This document shows positions 55,876-61,917 of a stretch of 61,917 nt of DNA, in pieces. The position numbers and the translations under genes are program-made. The notes under the pieces were generated by a model. That model had not been told where the DNA came from and ran no database searches. It worked only from the letters and a program-made list of their open reading frames with translations. Position 1 is the stretch's first letter. Every line of letters starts with the position of its first letter. Source of the stretch: a virus (Duplodnaviria > Caudoviricetes); the IMG/VR virus record IMGVR_UViG_3300014839_000001, positions 1 through 61,917 of that record; one strand, written 5' to 3'.

Positions 55876-56346
55876 TTATGCCGCTTTGTAAAAACCAGCC
55901 GCGTTAATCACGGCTGTAATGTCAGAACCGTCAGGCGTGACTGCAAAATCGTGTTGCGTCAGTGGGATACACGCTGAGTCAGGCGAAGCTGTCGCAGGGC
56001 GATAAGCAAGAATTAGGTCAGTCCATCCCGTACCTGCCGCTACCGCTGTCCATGTGGGATCGACTGGAATATCAAGTGCCATCCAGTCGTCAGTGTCATC
56101 AGGTGACAACGCGTTAAGATTAGCAGCCGAAAGAACTTTTCTTACATAGCCGCTATTTGTCACTTCTGTAGCGCCACCTGAAATTACAGCGGCGAGTGTA
56201 TCAAGGTCTTTCAATGTAGCGTCTGAGGTTGCACCTACATTGACAGCAACGACGACAAGTGCCGCTGTCGATGGGTCGGCTATTTTCACGCGATTATAAA
56301 GTTCCGCCACCCGACCCTTTGAAATGTTAAAGACGAAGTCCGACAT
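55876..56346 (-). CDS. Virion structural protein
   Basis: E.T..GY.RK.L and TPDGSDIT motifs; GAGGT RBS. Confidence 0.65.
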   Translation of the reverse strand: MSDFVFNISKGRVAELYNRVKIADPSTAALVVVAVNVGATSDATLKDLDTLAAVISGGATEVTNSGYVRKVLSAANLNALSPDDTDDWMALDIPVDPTWTAVAAGTGWTDLILAYRPATASPDSACIPLTQHDFAVTPDGSDITAVINAAGFYKAA

Positions 56347-56376
56347 TTTTGTTACCTCTTTCTGTTGAAAATCATT

Positions 56377-56400
56377 GGGGTTGATCCGTCAGTCAACCCC
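56377..56400 (-). terminator. Hairpin downstream of the major capsid gene
   Basis: GGGGTTGA-N8-TCAACCCC. Confidence 0.5.
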
Positions 56401-56447
56401 GCCGATTATCCACGCTTGATAGAAGTGGTTCCTCCTTATTTCACTGG

Positions 56448-57500
56448 TCAGGGCAGGGTTATCTTCTGGACTGAATTCTGAAGATCGGCATACAAACCAC
56501 GCCGAGCCCGTCCAACCTGTTGCCCTTCAACCAACCGTGAAATATCAGCAGGGCCGATGTCGATCCGAAGATCGTGGTGAACCAGTTCCTTCAACTTCCT
56601 CTTGGGATACACGAGGTAGCACGTACCCGGAGTAACGCCAGGATATGTCACTGACGTTGCCTTGTTGTCAATCGTCTCACCGTCGTAATAGATGATGGTG
56701 TCGATTGGCACGGTCGGCAACGGGTTGCCCAGCGCGTCACGAACCGGAGTGAGAAGTGCGTCCTCGATCTGGAACCTGTCCTGCTCAGACGCGAGCACGG
56801 CAGTACCACGACGCTGAGGAAGGGTACTGATCGAGTCAACGTATGCCTGCCGGAATGTCAGGTTCGTATTCTCCTGGTCAGTTGCTCCCGTTGCGTTCGC
56901 CGCAGTTGCATTCGCACCTACATAGGTACCGGCGATGATGGCACCAAGATGCAGATGGTTCAGCAACGCGTTGTAGGCACGACCGAACGCTCGGTTGTTC
57001 AGAGTAATGTTCCACGTCTGGTCGAACTCGACCATATCCTCTGTCCACTCGAACGCAGCCGCGTAAGTCGTGATCTTGCCGAACGAGGGCGAACCCGCCG
57101 CCAGCGTGCCGAATTGAACCTCGCCACCCTCGAACTTTTCGAGGAAGATGACATTTGCCTGCAACGTGTACTCATCGATCTGGAACACGCCACCGGGGAA
57201 CGGGCCTGGAATAGTGTCGTACAACGGGCCGTAGAGAAGCGGAATATCCGCAAGACCATCGGCTACGTCAATACGAACCTTTTCAAGCAGTTCCATCTGC
57301 CCCTGAGAAGTCGTGAGCATTTCTGAAATGTCAATATCTTCCTGCCAATCGACGTGGCGCATTCCGCCGCCATCGACCATCGCTGCTTGGATCATTTCGT
57401 TGATATAGAGATCGTTCAGCTCTTTATTTCCGCCGTTGATCGCCTCATGCAGCTTTGCGAGCTGCCGATCTTTGTCAATTACCTTCCAATACGATTCCAT
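56448..57500 (-). CDS. Major capsid protein
   Basis: 350 aa after scaffold/decoration genes; EGGEV.FG, Y...FEWTE.M. Confidence 0.8.
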   Translation of the reverse strand: MESYWKVIDKDRQLAKLHEAINGGNKELNDLYINEMIQAAMVDGGGMRHVDWQEDIDISEMLTTSQGQMELLEKVRIDVADGLADIPLLYGPLYDTIPGPFPGGVFQIDEYTLQANVIFLEKFEGGEVQFGTLAAGSPSFGKITTYAAAFEWTEDMVEFDQTWNITLNNRAFGRAYNALLNHLHLGAIIAGTYVGANATAANATGATDQENTNLTFRQAYVDSISTLPQRRGTAVLASEQDRFQIEDALLTPVRDALGNPLPTVPIDTIIYYDGETIDNKATSVTYPGVTPGTCYLVYPKRKLKELVHHDLRIDIGPADISRLVEGQQVGRARRGLYADLQNSVQKITLP

Positions 57501-57522
57501 TTGGTTTTTTCACCCCTTTCTG

Positions 57523-58272
57523 TTACGCGCCGAAGGTCAGAACGGTGCTGGCTACCAGCGTGCCGTTCGGGAGGACAACGATGAGGTAACACGACTTAAC
57601 TCCGGTATGCGTAACGTTGATGTCAGCAAGACCATTGGCCTCTGAAATCAACTGCCCCGCCTTATTTGCAATAAGCGGAATCAGCACGCCGTTCGTGTCG
57701 ATTGCCCAACCACCGCTAGGTGCCGTAGCAATGATCGAGTCACCGTTTGCATCGTCTGACAAATACACAGTTACCGCACCGCGTACTGCCAAGTTGACGC
57801 CATCCTGATTTTTGAGCTGCGCAGTAACCTTGATGACATGCGATACCAAAGAGCCGACTGTCAAGGTCGCCTGCGTTAGCCCACCCGGCCAACCTACGCC
57901 GCCACCACCGTCGTTGAGAACACGAACGGGGCAGTAGCCGGTAACAGCATTCTTCGCGGTAAGCACCTTGCACGCCGGGGCATCGCCCGCCGTGGCCGGT
58001 GACGTTTGAAGATGGGTGTCGCCCTTCTGATAACTACCCGGAGTCGCCCAATACAGCAGGGTTCCCGCAGCCGGTGCGATTGCTGGAATTTTAATCCACC
58101 AAATACGCTCCGCTGAAGTTTCCAATGCAAGTTTGCGATCTACGTCCGCAGTAACGACATCTTTCATGGCAATACCGTTCCAACCACCAATCCGGTAAAG
58201 ATCGCCCATGTTAATGTCACCCGCAGGCCCAACTACGTCAATCGCCTTTCCGTCGCTATAAAGCTGACCCAT
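57523..58272 (-). CDS. Capsid decoration/cement protein with C-terminal Ig-like extension
   Basis: SDGKAIDV...GD...G..GIA (DUF2190-like) pattern. Confidence 0.6.
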   Translation of the reverse strand: MGQLYSDGKAIDVVGPAGDINMGDLYRIGGWNGIAMKDVVTADVDRKLALETSAERIWWIKIPAIAPAAGTLLYWATPGSYQKGDTHLQTSPATAGDAPACKVLTAKNAVTGYCPVRVLNDGGGGVGWPGGLTQATLTVGSLVSHVIKVTAQLKNQDGVNLAVRGAVTVYLSDDANGDSIIATAPSGGWAIDTNGVLIPLIANKAGQLISEANGLADINVTHTGVKSCYLIVVLPNGTLVASTVLTFGA

Positions 58273-58289
58273 TAGTTTTCACCTACTTC

Positions 58290-58754
58290 CTATGGAGTGT
58301 TGATTTTTGAATTGACAATTGCCGCTTTAAGCGCGTCTTGATCCTCAAAGTCTTCCGGGTCAAGATCGTAGTCAGCAGCAATTTCATCCAACTCGTCAGC
58401 AGCAGCATCGTTCAGCTCAGCAAGCCAAGCCTCGTGATCCTCTACTGCCTTTTGAATCTCTGCGCTTTTGGCCTTCTTGGGAATGACAAGCCCAAGATCG
58501 TCCGCCGCCTTTTTCCACATCGGCTTAGTCCATGCTCCTCGATCGGCAGGCACTTCAATTTCAGCCTTTACAGGAGCCGCCTTTGTGTCATCGACAATCG
58601 GCGCGATCTGCACGCCTCCGCCATAATCCGGTGAAATACTGTCCTTCAGAGGATGAACGTCAATCGGAACTAACGCACCAGCCTGAGTCGCTGGATCAGG
58701 CGAAGAATAGGCACCAGGCCCAATTACACGTCGTAGTTGTTCAGGCATCTTCAT
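58290..58754 (-). CDS. Hypothetical head-region protein
   Basis: AGGAGG RBS; short helical repeats. Confidence 0.55.
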   Translation of the reverse strand: MKMPEQLRRVIGPGAYSSPDPATQAGALVPIDVHPLKDSISPDYGGGVQIAPIVDDTKAAPVKAEIEVPADRGAWTKPMWKKAADDLGLVIPKKAKSAEIQKAVEDHEAWLAELNDAAADELDEIAADYDLDPEDFEDQDALKAAIVNSKINTP

Positions 58755-58758
58755 CCTC

Positions 58759-59856
58759 CTAGAACTTCTTGACTGAGGCTTTGGTGTGCTTGAGCTTGTC
58801 ATCGTCTGTCCGCGCAACCTCGCGCCTATGAAGCGGGGCAGGCCCAGTCATTTCAGAGACGATCGACTTGATCTCGTCGTCCTTCTCCAAGCACTCCCCA
58901 ATCTTCTTTTCCAAGTCCTCATCGCTGAGGTCTTCCATTTCACTGACAGGCAGAAGACGTGCAACAGCGGCCTTCGCTTTGTCATTCTTAATGTTCTTTG
59001 TCAAGAATGCGTTGATGCGATCCTTGAGAGCAGTCTTGTTGGCTTCGTCCACCTTGCCGCTGATCTCGGTAACTGCCTCAACGATGTCTTTGTCATCGCC
59101 AATACCAAGAACCTCGCGGAGCTTCGCAAAGACCGATTTATCAGCTTTCGCCTCATCGATCTTCGTTTGCATTTCACCAACAGTCTTGCTCACTTCGGCC
59201 GCACCCTCCTGCTTAATCAGCTCGTAGAGGCTTGGATTGCCCTCTCGTAGCTCAGGAGAAGTGAGCTTACTCAATTCCATGTCTTCGTCAACTCCTTCCA
59301 TTTCAGTAGCAATTGCAACCACCTTGGCGCTCATACCAGCTTTGCCTTTACGTGACCAGTCAACACTTTCAAGTGCAAACTTCGTGATGTGTTGAATTCC
59401 ACCAATCACCTTCGCCGCTGCCCTACCTCGCCAAGATGCTTCTTTTGTCACACCTGTTTTCAGGTACCCCCTGATTTCTGCGTCAGGGAAGTTATAGCCC
59501 TTGACATAGAGGACTTTCTTGCCTGCCTCCATACGGGCTATTGCCTTGAGCCAAATCGTCTGAGGCTTCGGGAACGCATAACCGGCGTCCTCTGGCTTGA
59601 TGTGCCCGAGATACCCAACAGGCTCTTCCCTGTTGATCTGCTCGCAAATGTCATCGAGGACTTCAGGAGTCCAATTGCGCTTGTTCCGGCTTACGCCTGA
59701 TTCAATACGCAGGATCGGAAACTCCGGGCTTGTATCCCCCGTTGCGTCGAGCAGTAATTTTACACGCGCGGGATCAAGCTGAACAACAGCTCCTATATCC
59801 GCTGCCATTTCAGATACGACGGCATCCAGCTCGATTGTCTCAAGGTTCGTTGACAT
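58759..59856 (-). CDS. Prohead protease / scaffold
   Basis: G.SRN.R.W, GYLGH, S.D N-terminal part; coiled-coil C-terminus. Confidence 0.7.
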   Translation of the reverse strand: MSTNLETIELDAVVSEMAADIGAVVQLDPARVKLLLDATGDTSPEFPILRIESGVSRNKRNWTPEVLDDICEQINREEPVGYLGHIKPEDAGYAFPKPQTIWLKAIARMEAGKKVLYVKGYNFPDAEIRGYLKTGVTKEASWRGRAAAKVIGGIQHITKFALESVDWSRKGKAGMSAKVVAIATEMEGVDEDMELSKLTSPELREGNPSLYELIKQEGAAEVSKTVGEMQTKIDEAKADKSVFAKLREVLGIGDDKDIVEAVTEISGKVDEANKTALKDRINAFLTKNIKNDKAKAAVARLLPVSEMEDLSDEDLEKKIGECLEKDDEIKSIVSEMTGPAPLHRREVARTDDDKLKHTKASVKKF

Positions 59857-59858
59857 AA

Positions 59859-60152
59859 TTACCTCTTCTTGATGGTTTTGTCAACGCTCCGGTCAGGAAC
59901 GAGTTCGACGTTGCCGCCGAATCCAGTCTGCTTGCTCTCAGTCTTGCCAACCTCAGTTGCAGGCGACACGCCAGAAAGCCCAGTAACGCCATCGGTGACT
60001 GTGAAGTCGTCTGCAAAGGGCAAAGAGAGCCCGTCTGCCGGATCACGCGCGATAAGGCGGTTGACTCCACGCTTGGCGTTTGTGCTGACTTGCTTAAGGC
60101 CAGTCCAATTCATTCCACGCCGCGCGGGGTTGCTTGACAAAATTCGTACCAT
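59859..60152 (-). CDS. Small protein with basic N-terminus
   Basis: GGAAGGAG RBS. Confidence 0.6.
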   Translation of the reverse strand: MVRILSSNPARRGMNWTGLKQVSTNAKRGVNRLIARDPADGLSLPFADDFTVTDGVTGLSGVSPATEVGKTESKQTGFGGNVELVPDRSVDKTIKKR

Positions 60153-60156
60153 GTAG

Positions 60157-60297
60157 CTATCTCCTTCCTCTGCGAACTTTTACTGCAATTGACTGCCCCA
60201 GCGGTTTCAATCCTCGGATCGGGCCACTGAGCCCAGTTGCAGTTTTGCTGATGGTCTGACGCCCATAACCGTTGGTCTTGTTGAAAATTATTTTCAT
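60157..60297 (-). CDS. 46-aa basic microprotein
   Basis: ATGA-coupled; MKIIFNKTNGYGR...VRRGRR. Confidence 0.55.
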   Translation of the reverse strand: MKIIFNKTNGYGRQTISKTATGLSGPIRGLKPLGQSIAVKVRRGRR

Positions 60298-60464
60298 GGC
60301 TTCACCATTCGGACATGAATTTCTTCGCCAGTTGGCACAACGTCACGGTGCCTAGCGATTCGCTGAGTGCTCTCGTTCTGAAGTATCCTGCCGCTCGGCG
60401 CTTGAGTGCGCCACGGTCTGACGCGTCTCGCGCGACCGATGTTGCTTGTAATTCGTCGGATCAT
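60294..60464 (-). CDS. 56-aa Arg-rich microprotein
   Basis: TGATATG coupling; MIRRITSNIGRARR. Confidence 0.55.
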   Translation of the reverse strand: MIRRITSNIGRARRVRPWRTQAPSGRILQNESTQRIARHRDVVPTGEEIHVRMVKP

Positions 60465-60465
60465 A

Positions 60466-60561
60466 TCAGCCCTTCTTTGTTGTCTTCTTGCTGGCAACAA
60501 ACTTTCCTTTGGCTCCTCGCTTGCGGCCTACTCTTTTTCGCTTTGCCGGAAGAACTCCCAT
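60466..60561 (-). CDS. 31-aa Lys/Arg-rich microprotein
   Basis: AAAGGA RBS; MGVLPAKRKRVGRKRGAKGKFVASKKTTKKG. Confidence 0.55.
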   Translation of the reverse strand: MGVLPAKRKRVGRKRGAKGKFVASKKTTKKG

Positions 60562-60563
60562 TG

Positions 60564-60698
60564 TCATCCTTTCTTGCGTCGTACTCGGGCTCGCGCCGCC
60601 TGCGCCACAACCTGATTTGCTTTCCTGCCGCGTCCGCCATACCGCTTGCGCCTCAGTGACTTTTTCATTCTGAGCTTACGCGGTCTTCCAGCTCGCAC
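60564..60698 (-). CDS. 44-aa Arg/Lys-rich microprotein
   Basis: GTG 2 nt after the portal stop; 20 of 44 residues R/K, no acidic residues. Confidence 0.5.
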   Translation of the reverse strand: MRAGRPRKLRMKKSLRRKRYGGRGRKANQVVAQAARARVRRKKG

Positions 60699-60700
60699 AC

Positions 60701-61917
60701 TCAACCCCCGTTCTTGTTGAGCGCGCTTACAGGAGGAAGCTGATCGGCTTTTCCTTTGCCGTTCGTAGTCGCGCTCTGACCAATAACGGGAGATGCAGTA
60801 GCGCTACCTGTAATTTCATAGTTGTCTTTTGCGTTTGTAGCTTCCGTCGCGGAATCCTTCATTACGCGAAAAGTCGGGAACTGCCGAATTATGTCACGCG
60901 CTGTGTCGTCGCTAATCAGATGCCGCTCAAGAGCAAGATCAAGCGCCGTCATGAGCTGCGCGATAGCCTGTGCCATCGTCGCAAGCGTCTCTGTACGGAC
61001 TTCTGGCCAGATCAGATCGACCAGCACAGGTGTTTGACCAACGATCGCTTGCCGAGCCTTACAGAGCCACTGAATGAATGGCTGCGCCATGTGCGCTCGC
61101 TTGCGCGCAATCTTCTTTTCAAGCGGAACTGTCTGTGCGTTAACCGAACCCTCAGATGAACCGTTTTCGACTCGCATGAACGCCCATTCCGGCGTCTCCG
61201 ATGCGATTGAAATACAGCCGATCAAAAACTCAAGCAAAACCTTCGAATCAGGAAGCACTGACTTGGCCTCGATGAAACCAACATCGTCATCCGGGCCAAG
61301 AACGAGAACTTCACGACCTTTCCAACTTATCTCTGCCCCAGGTATGACAGCCCCAGTATCAGAATCAATGACGTTCGGAAAGTTGTTTTGCAAGAAAGAG
61401 CCAACGTCGGCGGCTTTGAATTTCAGTTTTGGCGTCGAGTGATAAGTATGCGCCTGCAACGCCTGCCGAACCACTTCATGAAAAGCCTTTATCAACGGAT
61501 AAACAGCTTCGAAGTCGCTCTGTCCGCCCGAAAGCGATGAATCGTATTCGTTGTAAACCTCGTAGAGCGGCACGAAGCCAAATGGATTTGTCACTCCCCA
61601 ACTTGTTAACGGCTCTTCCTTTGTTTTGTCAAAGTAGGTGGTCTGCGTCGGTGTGAGAGTTTCCCACACCTCATGATCCTCCACAGTTGGCGTAGTTCCG
61701 CGCTCTGCGTCTGCTACTTCGTTTGGGTCAGTTTGAAATTCAACCGACGTTACAATCGTGGCTTGCGTAATCCGCCCTGGGTATCGTGGGTCATACTGAA
61801 TCTTCACCCGCTCAGGTTCATAAATTTCAATCGAGCAAGCCTCGTGCTCATCGACTGTAGAAAGAGGATCACGATCAAGGTTGGGTTGCCACATACGAAT
61901 GACGCATTTGGAATCAC
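60701..61917 (-). CDS. Portal protein, C-terminal part
   Basis: NPFGFVP, G.SD, S.TPE; continues from 460..1. Confidence 0.8.
   Translation of the reverse strand, partial: DSKCVIRMWQPNLDRDPLSTVDEHEACSIEIYEPERVKIQYDPRYPGRITQATIVTSVEFQTDPNEVADAERGTTPTVEDHEVWETLTPTQTTYFDKTKEEPLTSWGVTNPFGFVPLYEVYNEYDSSLSGGQSDFEAVYPLIKAFHEVVRQALQAHTYHSTPKLKFKAADVGSFLQNNFPNVIDSDTGAVIPGAEISWKGREVLVLGPDDDVGFIEAKSVLPDSKVLLEFLIGCISIASETPEWAFMRVENGSSEGSVNAQTVPLEKKIARKRAHMAQPFIQWLCKARQAIVGQTPVLVDLIWPEVRTETLATMAQAIAQLMTALDLALERHLISDDTARDIIRQFPTFRVMKDSATEATNAKDNYEITGSATASPVIGQSATTNGKGKADQLPPVSALNKNGG
61795..61917. repeat. Terminal direct repeat, copy 2
   Basis: Identical to 1-123. Confidence 0.95.

Overview
The window is an apparently complete, circularly assembled tailed-phage genome of about 61.8 kb. 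Bases 1-123 are repeated exactly at 61795-61917, and the portal gene runs across the junction. It has a contractile-tail (myovirus-type) morphogenesis module: lambda gpA-like terminase, portal, capsid, sheath, tube, frameshifted chaperones, tape measure and baseplate. It also carries a lysis cluster and its own replisome: DnaB-like helicase, intein-containing primase, gp32-like SSB, HU, DnaE, intein-containing RecA, Cas4-like nuclease, RuvC-like resolvase and an SF2 helicase. Two HNH genes, one free-standing LAGLIDADG gene, MazG and a PAPS-reductase-like gene are also present. I recognised no integrase or repressor module, so a lytic lifestyle is inferred. An Actinomycetota-type host is weakly suggested. 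Nearly all genes are on the minus strand except a CGCG-rich plus-strand island at about 5.4-10.0 kb. The most unusual content is non-coding or very small. (i) One promoter drives a histone-H1-like protein, an unclassified ~120-nt tRNA-like RNA and a tmRNA with a 28-aa tag. (ii) Several promoter/terminator-bounded small RNAs occur, one with a loop complementary to the RBS of plus-strand genes. (iii) Covarying intergenic hairpins sit between early genes. (iv) Five tandem small basic proteins (31-97 aa) lie between portal and scaffold. (v) A shared basic 'MARK' N-terminus recurs on DNA-transaction enzymes. All product calls come from motif recognition by eye, with no database searches.
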